NCBI RefSeq assembly: GCF_000143415.4
Contig: NW_003314378.1
Span: 477,363 to 523,344 of the forward strand
Reading direction: 5' to 3'
DNA: 45,982 nt
DNA from: Selaginella moellendorffii
Taxonomy: Eukaryota > Plantae > Lycopodiophyta
A model generated the notes under the pieces. It was not told the DNA's origin. It was given only the letters and a program-made list of their open reading frames with translations, and did not search any database. Each line of letters starts with the position of its first letter. The stretch's first letter is position 1. This document shows positions 22,271-34,449 of this stretch, one piece after another. Both the position numbers and the translations under genes were made by a program.

Positions 22271-22649
22271 GTATTGCTCCCATTGCAACATCACAACTCA
22301 CACCATAGAGAGGTGTTGGAAGCTTTATCTAGAGTTGTGACAACCACGTTTTCAATGTGTCCAAGAGCAACCATTCACTGATAATAGCACTATAACACAA
22401 GTGAAGGATCACTACTAACAACAGCTTGAGCAGCATGCAATCGAGGATGTACCTTCGTCATCTTCCAACAAAGGAAAATCTCTAATGGGACAACTCAATG
22501 CAATCAAGATCCCAAGGAAGAGTTTGCAAAGACAATAGCCACATGAGCACAAAAGAAGAAAACAACTAATCAAGAGAAAATTGATGGCAATCCAACTCCT
22601 TCAGCAATCACTAATCCAACACTAAAGGTGGCATGCAAACTCCCATTCA

Positions 22650-23250
22650 CGCCTCTCCTTCCCAAATATCTTGCACCTTTCTTTGGTAGGGACTTGGAGT
22701 GTGCACTTCAACAATTGATGGAAACATTTGTCACCTTTTTGTGGTGTGAGCTTTCATGTATGATTCCTAGCTTTAGATAGCATCTAAAAGACTTTACAAG
22801 GTCTACTAACGCCATAGCCTCTTTCCTATTGGATGTGCACATCATTGACATAGCCTCCTCTTCTAATCTAGATGCAATTTTTGCACCTATAGGCTTTGGC
22901 GATAGTTCTCCCATCATCAATGCTTTTGTCGATTTTGGATTTGGGAGCAATGTGATCACTTCAGCCACAAGAGCAGGTTTTCAAGTCTCTAGAAGCACAA
23001 CTCTGATCCTAAAGATGTTTGCAAACTACATTGTTATCCCCACGGGCATTTGATGTAGTGTTCGAGTTTACATTAATGGGGTGGAATCTTTTTTGAACTT
23101 TGTGGTGGTAAACTACCAAAAGTTCAGCTCCACACCTTTGAAGGACTCCCTCATCATTGGACAAGTTTGGCATGATTAGGTTTGAGGCATCACAAATTGG
23201 TCACTCGGCATAATAGAGATTAGCGACAATCACTGAACTTCTTGTTTCTA
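22650..23250 (+). pseudogene. Decayed Ty3/gypsy-like gag/aspartic protease fragment
   Basis: INAFVDFGFGSNVI resembles the retropepsin A(L/F)VDSGS.xN motif, followed by a LIIG..W-like segment. Confidence 0.5.
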
Positions 23251-23445
23251 TAATGCTTGTGGACACTCTTTGTTGGGAAAGCTTCAAGAATAGCCTCCAG
23301 GACTATCTCAAAGCCAATCAATATCCTTCGAGCCAATATTATCTTCCTTGACACCTTTTCCCCACTCGCTGATTGTTATCTTTCTTGAGTTGATCGAAGA
23401 TCCATCACAGCCTGAGTTCAACATGTTCCAGTGCAATACTATTTA

Positions 23446-23659
23446 NNNNNNNNNNNNNNNNNNNNNNNNNNNNNNNNNNNNNNNNNNNNNNNNNNNNNNN
23501 NNNNNNNNNNNNNNNNNNNNNNNNNNNNNNNNNNNNNNNNNNNNNNNNNNNNNNNNNNNNNNNNNNNNNNNNNNNNNNNNNNNNNNNNNNNNNNNNNNNN
23601 NNNNNNNNNNNNNNNNNNNNNNNNNNNNNNNNNNNNNNNNNNNNNNNNNNNNNNNNNNN
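23446..23659. other. Assembly gap (N run)
   Basis: Run of N. Confidence 1.
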
Positions 23660-24187
23660 ACAACAATTATGAGTGAGAGTAGCCCAGCCTCTTTATTTGA
23701 TTAGACTACTTGTACTTTCATAGATTTCCAAGTATTATTGCTTGCGCTATCTTTGTGCCATACTACAAACTTCCAACTTTCCAACATGGACAAGCTTCAT
23801 GCTCGTGACATGAAGATCCTTGCCCTTGACGAGCAATGTAGGGCTTCAATTGAGCAAACCAAGGCAGACATTGACTCCAAAGTTCCTAGTTTAATCATCT
23901 TTTCTCCTGAACAACTTGTTCTTCTCAAAAAGTTCACTTTGTCCTCCAAATTTTCTTCACAGTGGCTTAGCCTCTACTTCATCTAGTGCTAAGTGGAGGG
24001 TGGTTCATATGTGCTCGCCAATAAAATTGGCCATGAGCTTCCACATGCTCACAATCATCGCCACCTCAAAGCATTAATGTAATGACTTTTTTTTTTTTTT
24101 TCTTTTTTCCCCATTTTCTTTCACCTCTTCTCTTTTGTCTTCAGGTTTTACTACCTTGGTGCATGGGTTCCAGCTTGGATTTCAGCC

Positions 24188-24702
24188 ATCTTAGATTCTT
24201 TGACAAGGAGAGGCACTAAAATAGCATCAAACTTGTAAATAGGTACTGTGCATCACCTTGACCACATCAAAATAAAAAGTAATACTGTGTTGATCTCCGG
24301 AAATTGAAGAGTAGTATAAAAAAGGCTTTTCATAGATAACAAATTTTCTTGCATTTCTGGGACATGTGTATAGTGCCATTTGTTAAGCTCAATGAGAATA
24401 GAACCAACACCTTTAGCCTCATAGAATTTTGCATTGGTGACTCCACAATGGGTACTGGTGTAGGCAAGTCTACCAATTGAACAAAATTTACTTAATTTCT
24501 TGACATTCAAAATTATTGAATACATTGTCCTATTAAAGGGTGAGCCAATAAATATATACTTCTATATGGTGTAAGCCTTAATCAAGTATATGTTATTAGT
24601 TCTAATATTTGTGAATTTGAGATTTTACAGCTTAACTCTTTCTAGATTATACCATTTAAGGAGGTTTATTTATCCTATGCAAAGATTCCTCCTATTTGGC
24701 AA
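24188..24702. repeat. ~510-bp segment with a diverged inverted copy at 39873-40368
   Basis: ORFs 24253-24525(-) and 39998-40243(+) are near-identical translations, and the ends match as reverse complements. Confidence 0.85.
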
Positions 24703-25812
24703 GTAGTTTGACTTTGTTGTTTACAACAATGTCATTGCAATTGTCTTCTAAGACAATTGACTTTGTTGTAGTTGTTAAACTAGAAACTCTATATATTTAC
24801 TCATTTTCTATTTTAGATTACAATTAATTTAAAAAGTTAGAACAAGGATTAACTATTATATTCATTTCAAAAGGAACTTTTATATATATATATTTGAATT
24901 TTATAATTTATTTTTGCCTTAGATAATTGTAAACATAACAATTATATCATAAATTTATTTATTTTATATAATAAATTTAAAGTTTATAAAATTTTATTTA
25001 GCTACTCCAATGAAGTTTTAATGGTGTGGCATTTAGAAAAAGCAGTAAGAATATATCAATTTTTACTCTTTAGTGAAATTTCATGAACACTGAAAATATA
25101 TATTGTGTTATAACATTACAAAGATAGGTAATAACTCCTTATTCTACTGTTGAAAAACCACTCAAATATGCTAACAATATCATAAATGTTATCACAACAA
25201 TATAAACATTTAATAATATAAGCATTCAAGATTATTTTTTAATTTTTTATATTATGCATATCTTCAATTGAGAAAGAGTTTATTAAAAAAAATTATATAT
25301 ATATATATTCAATATTAGATATATAAATATAATTCTTGTATATATTGTTATTAAGTTAAAATTTAATATTAAATATTTTTGGTGAGGGCCAAGTATACGG
25401 TTATGATGCTATATAATAATATTAGCATAGTAGGATTTTGGTAGCTGTTAGATTGATTTCAATCCAGATCACTCGCTCTTGTATATAAACTAGGGTTTAT
25501 GGGTTAATTGATATGTACATTTTCTATATTCTTTTTCATATTCCATGCAATCACATTGGTGGAGGTGATGTGCACTTTTGATTATCCCTGAGGATTGTTT
25601 GGATTTGGGATTTTGGTTTACATCTAGGTATTTCCATTTGTTTTTTCCCTTCAGGATTTTGGTTTAGATTTAGCTTTTTGCATTGTCTAGATCTCTATTT
25701 CCTTCTAGCTTTTGTCATTCCTCTTCTTTCACTCTTTCCTTTTTGTTCCAGTAGTTGGTACAATGCTATGTGCTTACAATTGAACAACCAAACTCAGTTG
25801 ATAGTGGCATTC

Positions 25813-26520
25813 ATGGCACGTGGTACAACTTCTCCTGCTCTTGGTGCCAATCCTCACATTCTGTTGGAGTTTTTTCGTGGGAATCCTAGGGATGATGTGT
25901 ACTATTGGTTCAATCACTTCACAGTGATTGCCACATATCATTCTTGGGATGATACTCGACATTTGCATGAGTTTCCCACATGTCTCCAAAGGATGGCGTT
26001 GCAGTGGTACAATGGTTTGAGTGCAGCCACTTGTGGGGATTGGAGTGTTCTCCCAGACGTCTTCAAACGCACATTTGGACATGTCGACGATTGTGATGAT
26101 GCCTTCCAACAATTACATCATCTTCGCCAAAGGCCATCTGAGTCGGTGATGCAATTTGGCTTTCATTTTCGAAGTCTTTTGCTTTGTGCGGAGCCAAATA
26201 TGTCGGAGCGGATTAAGCTAGGAATGTTGTGGCCAGCACTACATCAAGATCTTGTCGGACTTATGCATGCACTTGCTCCAGCAACTCTTGACGATGTTTT
26301 TTGCTTGGCACAACATTATGAGACGTCGCCTCGTCCACTTCTTGCTACCCATCCTTCTGCTCCTCTTCCTGTAAGCGATGGTTCTGTTCCAATGGAGGTT
26401 GGTACTGCTGCTGCTCAAGTCCAAGGACAATGGCAAGGACGTGGTCGTGGCCATGACGTTTGTTGTTAGGCATGTGATGAAGTTAGGCATACCTATTGGC
26501 ATTGTTGGCGTTTTTTGGAT
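25813..26520 (+). pseudogene. gypsy gag (capsid + degenerate zinc knuckle)
   Basis: EFFRGNPRDDVYYWFNHF, ALQWYNGL, LRQRPSESV, VPMEVG, C..C...H...C remnant with a stop. Confidence 0.85.
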
Positions 26521-26769
26521 TGGCAACTTCCATTTCCTAGGTGGAGACCTTGGCATCAACAACATCTTGTTGGTGTTGCTGTAGTGGAAGGTCTAGACAC
26601 TACAATGCATCTGGGAAACGAAAAGTTGCGCGAGTAATGAAGGGACCTTGCGCAAATAATTCAATGACCCCTCCATCTTTCTTTCGGGAGTATCATCAAG
26701 GGGTTCACTCGGCATTGGTTCATTTAGTGTTTATTTTCCAAACTCGTTTTTATAACAAGAGGTCTCCTA

Positions 26770-29560
26770 TTATTCTCTCTATATTGGTTGATACAGATTC
26801 GAGTTTATCTTCTATTGCTCAACCTATTGCCACAAGTTGCCGTTTACACTTGCATCATGTGGCATAACTAGTTTTCATTCTTTATGACAACAGCCGTACA
26901 CATGCATGTGCACGGGATAAGGCGGACCTGGTTGTGTGTGTGGGTGATCTTGAGCTTGAGTTGCAATCCTTGCGGGTGGTGCCGAGTCAAATTTTCAACC
27001 TCATCCTTGGTATGGATTGGTTGCAGCGCAATCATGCTAAATGTGACTTTGAGGCTTCTCCCCCTTGTCTCATACTTCCTTATGTTTCATCCATTCCTCT
27101 CACTTTTGTACCTCTTCGTCCCTCTATTTCTACTTCTGCTTCCATTACTTTTGTTCCCTCATTATTTCCTCCTATGTTTCTGTCTTGTTCTTCTCTTCCC
27201 TTTTCCAGTCCCTTCAACAATCTTTGTGTTGCAGCGGTTGACCAGCTTATGAAGGAGTATTCTGATCTTTTTGACTTTGACACATCATCTGGGGCCAAGA
27301 TTGCCACACGTCATCCGATTCCAAATGGGGATGCTCGTTTAATCAAGGTTCTTGTTCGTTGTCGGTCACCCAAAGAGATCAAGATTTTACGCGCAAATGT
27401 TAAAGAAATGTTAGAGAAGGGTGTTATTCGGAAGTCGCAATGTCCTTGGGTATGTGAACCTTATCTTGTGACAAAGCCTGATGGGAGTATTTGTTTATGC
27501 ATCGACTATCATCTGTTAAACGAAGTGACGATCCTAAATTTGTACCCTCTTTTTCATAATGCTGATCTTTTGGATTGTCTAAGGCGAAGTCATTAGTTCA
27601 CCAAGCTAGATCTTGCTTCTGGGTACTGGCAAGTACTAATAGCAGAAGAAGATATTCCTTAGACTACTTTTTGTATACCGTTTAGACTGTATGAGTTCTT
27701 GGTGATGCCATTTGGTTTGAACAATGATCTAGCAACTTTTCAACGGATGATGGACGAGGTCCTTTGTGATATGCTGGAGGTGACTATTGACTTCATTGAT
27801 GATGTCTTGATCCACTCGGAGGGGACGTGGAAGGAGCATGTTCGTGATGTTCGTAAAGTGTTGGATTGGCTACGGGACGTTAGTTTAAAGCTGAAGTGGT
27901 CAAAGTGCGTGTTTGGTTCCAAGGACACAACTTATCTTGGGTACTATATTGCTCGTGAGGGTTTGCAAATTGATCTTAACAAACTTGTGGCTGTTCTAAA
28001 GTTCCCTACTCTGAAGTGTGTAAATGATGTGTAGTGCTTTTTGGGCAAGGTGCAATATCTCGGTCGCTTTGTGGATCATCTTTTTGATCGCACTGTACCA
28101 TTGCGAGCGTTGCTAGAGTCATCAACATCATCTTTCATCTGGTCTCCGGATTGTCAGTAGGCATTCATGGATCTCAAAGAGCTATTGACGACTCCTCCAG
28201 TTTTGGCATATCCTGACTATACTCGACCTTTTATTTTGCGCGTGGATGCTTTTGACATTGGTGTTGAAGGAGTGTTGATGCAAGAAAGCTTGAGTGTGCT
28301 TTGTCAGTGCCATCCCATTGTGTATATAAGCCATACATTACAACTAACAGAGATGAACTACTCCACGATAGAGAAGGAGTGTTTAGCAACACTCTGGGGT
28401 TTTGAGAAACTTCAGGCATATCTATATGGTTCTTGGACATTACTTGAAGGTGACCATGCTGCCATCACTTCATTAGTGAAATGGAAGAACTTCATTAGTT
28501 GTACTGCTAGGTGGGCATATGGGACATCATCGTGTAACTGAGAAGCTGCACAGGTTTTCTATTGGCCGAAGATGCGACATGATGTTATCCGGTATGTGCA
28601 TAGCTGCGTTTGGTGCCAAACTCGTAATATTCCCCCTCGTGTTGTGGAAGGATGGTTGGAGTCAATTACAATTTCCCGTCCATTTGAGTTGGTGGAATTT
28701 GATCTTATGGGACCTTTTCCATGGTCGATTGCTGGCAATGAGTATGTTATTATTTTTTTTGACTACTCGACTCGTTGGGTGGAAGTTGGTGCTCTTGCTA
28801 GCACCTTTGCAACTGTTGTTGGATACTTCCTCCTCAATCAAGTGGTGTTCCAGCATTCTTGTCTAGAGCAGATTCTTTCAGATAATGGTTGCACATTTAT
28901 AGTTGAGGCATTTCATGTTCTGATGTCTCGATTAGGGATATGTCACACTTTCACAAGTGCTTATCATCCATAATCAGACGGTTTAGAGGAACGGCTTGTT
29001 CGGACATTCAAAAGGATGATTGCAAAGTATATAAACTTTTAGCATTCGGATGGTTATTTGCCATTTCTTCGGTATACATATGTCACAGGGGTGCAGAGTT
29101 CTATTGATGCTTCACCATATAAACTCTTATATGGTCATGATCTAATATTACCAATGGAGCTGGGTTTACTGTCGCAATTGCCACGAGCTACCGATGCTAG
29201 GTCGTGGTATCAGTATTTGATAAGCATTCTTCCACTTGTTTGAGTAGAGTTTGCTGAACACTTAGGCCGCGTACAAGTGGGACAATAACAGCGCTACAAC
29301 TCTCATCATTGTCCACTTGTGAAGTACAAAGTGGATGATTTGGTGTTAATTTGTTTTCCCCATCTTACGGTATGTGGTTTATCTAAGGGGCTCCTTGCAC
29401 AGTAGAAAGGACTGTATCGGGTGTTGTGGCAAGTTGAAGCACAAGTCTATGAGGTTCGGCATGACATCTAGCAGGTTGATCCTCTAGAGATTATACATGT
29501 GCAGCGGTTGAAACACTTTATACAAAGAGATCAGGAGCAGTTAATACCATCTATAGATCT
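26770..29560 (+). pseudogene. gypsy pol (protease, RT, RNase H, integrase) with stops, frameshifts and an internal deletion near 28520
   Basis: ILVDTDSS; LILGMDWL; KPDGSICLCIDY; VMPFGLNN; FIDDVLI; PVLAYPDYTRPFIL; NYSTIEKECLA; DLMGPFP; SDNG; SAYHP. Confidence 0.92.
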
Positions 29561-29859
29561 GCCAATGCCTCCTCCTAATGTTCCTCTAGATCCCAGCCCG
29601 TCTACAAAAGAACCCTAATGGTCTTCCATTATTCTAAGAGGAGGGGATGATGTGAGGGCCAAGTGTATGGCTATGATGCCATATACTAATATTAGCATAG
29701 TGGGATTTTGGTAGCCGTCAGATTGGTTTCAATTCGGACCATTCGCTCCTGTATATAAGTTAGGGATTTTGGGTTAATTGATATGTATATTTTTTGTATT
29801 CTCTTTCCATATTCCATGCACTCACAATTTAGCAACTTTATTATTATTAAAATGTTTAT

Positions 29860-30650
29860 AAATGATAAGTGATAACTGCGGAAGGCAGATCAAATCCACG
29901 GTTTGCATTTAGAGGATGATTGTCAATGTGAAGAAATCCCTGCATGAATGGAACAGCATCATCAAGATCCCTTCCAAAGCAACCAGCAATATCACAAACC
30001 TTGTCAAAGTTACAGCCTGGGTTGCAATAGAAACTTGCAAAGGAATCTCCACAGCAGCAGGAGCTTTGCAATCTTCTGCCAGTGTGAATCTCATCAGTCT
30101 AACCATGGACCGAAACTCCACATTTCGGCCATCCAACAAAGCCTTTAGTGCGTGGCCATACAAATGAACAAACCATGGTATTATCTGGAGGATCATAATG
30201 TTAATGTAGTCGACTGCCTTGATACCTGAAGAGTAACAGTTTCGAGAAGAACCATCATTTGCTCGAAACGAAATGATGATGGATCCCCTTGCATTCCCTC
30301 TGCCAGCCAAATACCGGCTTGTGTAGAACCGAGACCAATCCACCCGGGCTCTCCAAGTGACTACAAGATCAAGCTCGCTGTTCATGCCAGCTTCATACTC
30401 AAGTAAAAGAGAGCCTGAAGAGGAGGCAAGAACCTGACTTGGAGCAGAGCTGACTATTGTCCATGAAGTTGATGCCTATTTCTTCACTGAGATCTCTAGC
30501 CAAGTGCTTCGCCAAGCTCTCCTCCAGCTCTAGATAGACACTACTTGTAGTTGCAAGCGGGCACTTGCCTTCCAGCTTTCAGCCAAACATCCTGGAGAGT
30601 GTCCAGCCTTGCAGCTTGGATGACAGATCTTTTGAAACTGCTAGCTTTTG
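29860..30650 (-). pseudogene. PIGT: Internal fragment of GPI transamidase component PIG-T/GPI16
   Basis: WTLSRMFG*KLEGKCPLATTSSVYLEL; SRYLAGRGNARGSI; LQIIPWFVHLYGHAL; FDK|GFLHIDNHPLNANRGFDLPSAVITY, with a 60-nt GT-AG intron at 29999-29940. Matches my recollection of plant PIG-T motifs (DKGFLHIDEYPPDANQGFDIPSA). Confidence 0.85.
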
Positions 30651-30739
30651 CAAAACAACTGTCAAGGTTAACATCCAATTTTGAATATTAAGGCTATTGG
30701 GATGAAAAAAAATTTAATCAACTTATACAAAAATAACAA

Positions 30740-33084
30740 GATCGTTAGTATTACTACATTTTTATAGTATCCATTGCAATGACAAAAATCCATAGTTCAT
30801 ACCTATCACTATATATCATTAGTATTAGCTATGATTTGTATTTGATTCATTTATTTTTTAAAATTACACCTTATAAATCTTTATCATTTATATGTATTTT
30901 CTTAACAATGTAGGTATCATGTATAGTGAAATCATTGTAGAGAAATAGTTTATGTTTTTCTTAGAAAAACTTGCAAGGTGGTGAGTGACTTTACCTAATG
31001 TAATCTATAAATCATGTAATTTTATTTTGAAATCACAACTTTGGGAATATTGTCTCATATGCAAGTTTGTCTTCAAATCAAAGTAACTAATGCAGTAGCA
31101 AAACATTAGCACATTAGATGAGTTGCAATGATTGGCTACTATAGTTTTCACTTCTAGTTCTACCATTACCTAATCACTAAAGGATTAGAATTTCTTTACC
31201 ACAAATTAGGCCATCATGAAAAGCACTCTAAAGAAAGTGTTATACATTGTCATATTCCTTTAGCTGGTTTTTGTAATACAAACATAGAAATGTACAACAA
31301 ATTTAATAAAGATTTTATATGTGCTACAATGACACAAGATATGAATCTTCCCTTTTCCTTTGAGACCATTGATAAGTTTCATATGCTACTAAGTTATTTC
31401 TCATAAAAGCAAGAAAACCAATATGGTTAAAGTTTTCAAAGTTTCTTCTTCTGTTGATTATTTTGAATTTAGTGCTGAGAATTCCATAGAATATATATAT
31501 GGATGTACTAGTTATTAATTTACAAGGATTAAGTTCAAAGCAAAGGGAGTCTTTGGCTACAAAATACACTAGCAATGCAAAGGTGTGCAATCTTAAAGTA
31601 GTGGCACAAATTCCACATTTGCAATTATAAGGATGAACACAATCCTAATGAAAAACTTGCAAGGTGTGGAGATTCTAGAACTCTATTGTCTCCATTAAAA
31701 ATTTAAATTTTTTGTACCAACTAACAAAGAATAATATATACTAAGCAAATGTATCTACCACCTTGTTAATAAAGACAAAATAGAACTAAGCTATGTGAGT
31801 TTTCAAGGAAAAGTGATTCCATATCAAGGATTGTGCCAAATTCCTAAAATTTGCTGCCTTTGTTTTTAAAGTGCTAATCCTTTGTTCTAACTTTTTAAAT
31901 TAATTATAATGAACAAAACATTTATTACATGGATTGCCCATGGAAATGCATAATTTTATATTGGGAGTAGAGTTATATTTCACCAATGAGCATGATGAGA
32001 TCCAAATTACAATATCCCTTGTGTATCGAAAATTACAAATGAAAGGTTTAACTTACCTCGATTGCAATTTAGTGGGTGCTAGTTGAAACTAGCAAGGATC
32101 TGAGCTCTACTAAGAAAAGTAGAATTGCAAAGTTTTAGATGATATTTATTTAGGTTATATGATATTAATACTATTGAAAGTTAAATAGTAAATGGAAACT
32201 GTAAGTCAGTTTTTATGAAAATGGAGCAATGCATAATTGAATTGTATCATAGAAAGTATCTGTAAGAGAAATAAATTCACCAATTATGAATATGGAATCT
32301 GTTGGTAAAGAAAGAAATTTTAATCAACTTATGGAACAATAAAAAGATCCTGTTATTATTACTACATGTTTTATACTATTCATTGCAATGACAAAAATCC
32401 ATAGTTTATAATTATTATCTATGATTAGTATTTGATTAAAAAATTTGAAAAATCACATCTTATAAATCTTTATCATTTCTACATATTTTTTTTAACAATG
32501 TAGATATCTAATATAGTGAAATTATCCTAGAGAAATAATTTATGTTTTTCTTAGAAAAATTTGCAAGCTGGTGAGTGATTTTACCTATGTAATTTATATA
32601 TCATGTCATCTTATTTTGAAAGCCAATTTGTCTGAAATATTGTCTCATATGTGATAAACTTGTCTTTAAATCAAAGTAAACTAATGCACTAGCAAAACAT
32701 TTGGATGAGTTTCAATCATTGGATAATGTAGTCTTCACTTCCAGTTCTACTGTTATCTAATCACCAAATTAGAATTTATTGATCACAAATCAGGCCATCA
32801 CTACTAAAAACACTTTAAAGAAAGCATTATAAATTATCATCTTCTTTTTGCAATACAAACATAGGAATATAAAATAAATGCAATAAAGATTTTATATGTG
32901 CTACAAGGATATAAGATATAGTTGTTCTCTTTTCTTTTGACAGTATTTATAAATGTGCTACTAAATTGTTTCTAAAATAGGTAAGAACAACTACATGCTT
33001 AAAGTTTTCAAAGTTTCTCTTGCTATTAGCTATCTTATTTTAGTGTTGAGAAGTCCATAAAATATATCTATATATACTAGTTAT
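30740..33084. repeat. Diverged direct repeat of ~750-780 bp AT-rich DNA (30740-31511 and 32346-33084)
   Basis: Colinear shared strings, e.g. CATTGCAATGACAAAAATCCATAGTT, TTTATGTTTTCTTAGAAAAA, AATAAAGATTTTATATGTGCTACAA. Confidence 0.85.
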
Positions 33085-34449
33085 GGGGATAGTCCAAAGT
33101 TGAGTTGAGCTCAATTCAACACAAGTCAACTCAAGTCAACATAATCAATTAGAAGTCTTACAAAGGAAATATAAATTGAACAAATGAAGGTTCTAACAAA
33201 CTTTAAAATATTTAAATACGTAAATATTTGAGTTAAAAGTTTCTATAAGATTGAATTGTTTAAAAAAGACAAAGTTCACAAGAATCTATCTTTTATAAAG
33301 CTATATTATTTTATTATGACTATTGTTACAGTTGTTATATTTTGATTTGACTACTTAATATTTTGAATATTTTTATAGTTGTAGATACTATTCCTTCATT
33401 CAAAAGATTTTTGAGGGTTCTTGAGAAGATGGGAAGCAAGGAAAATACAAGATGTGTGAGTAACAATTGTAGTGCAAAGGAATGTGAGAATGTTAATTTT
33501 GTTTCATTACCACAATCTCCATATTACACTCCTATTCGTTTTTACGTTTTTATTACCCATTTGAAAATGTGGAGACCACTATTATGATTGATAAAAATGC
33601 TTTTGTTACTTCTGAAACAACAGTTCAGAGTAAAAGAAATGAAGAAATGAACAACACGGCAGAAAGCACCAAGAAATCTACTCCATAACACTTTCCATGA
33701 CATTTGTAATTTAAATATTAATTCATATTAAAAACTGTGTTGCCAGCTTATATCACAATCCTCTCATATGATAAGACCAAGATATATTTTTGTAGTGAAT
33801 CCTCATTAAATATTTTCGAGAGTTGTTTGTGAATAATAATAAAAGAAATTGAAATCTTTCGAAAGACTCAAAAGTAATATCACATCAAAGAATCAACTTT
33901 ATCTACATTTCCAAGACTGAAAAGCAATCTCACATAAGGGAATGGTAGCGTGCCAATGTGCTCTGCCACTATAATGTGTTTTATATTTCCCTGCAGTCTA
34001 TTTCTCTAAACATTTGGCATGCGTAGAAAAGAATATATGTGTAGTAAAGTAGGATTTCATTATAATGATAAAGCATGTGTATACACGATAATCTAAAATT
34101 CTAGAAGCTCTTATGTTTATAAGCAAGCTATGATTATGAAGCCCCATTTCCAAAACTGACATTTAAAGAATCTGAGTATCGTCAGTGTTATAATAAATAA
34201 ACCTTATTCCCGAGACTAAAACTTAATATATAAACTATCTAGAAAAGTTATAGTCATTATAGTTTTTTTGTTCTCCTTGAGCTCCTTGGAAGTTTGTATT
34301 GAAATGGCTCGAAAGAAAGTCACTGCTACTTATACTTAGCCCCCCAACATTTTATATTAATCTCCACCTCCATCCCCAAGTTCTACCAACATTCTACCTT
34401 CACCTCCATATAATAATCCTTTTTCTACTGAGGGCTTTAGTGAAGTTGA

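Larger units (their letters stand above)
25381..29826 (+). mobile_element. Decayed Ty3/gypsy LTR retrotransposon with ~175-bp LTRs
   Basis: LTRs 25381-25555 and 29651-29826 (visibly diverged). PBS TGGTGGAGGTG (tRNA-Ala-like), PPT GAGGAGGGGATGA. gag-PR-RT-RH-IN order. Confidence 0.93.

Noticed and set aside
23680-24120. Possible LINE RNase H remnant (WRVVH...ANKIGHEL) followed by a T tract
   Set aside because: Similarity is too short and frameshifted to support a call.
24253-24525. 90-aa ORF repeated at 39998-40243 as a real small gene
   Set aside because: Similarity is explained by DNA duplication. C-termini differ and no domain is recognisable.
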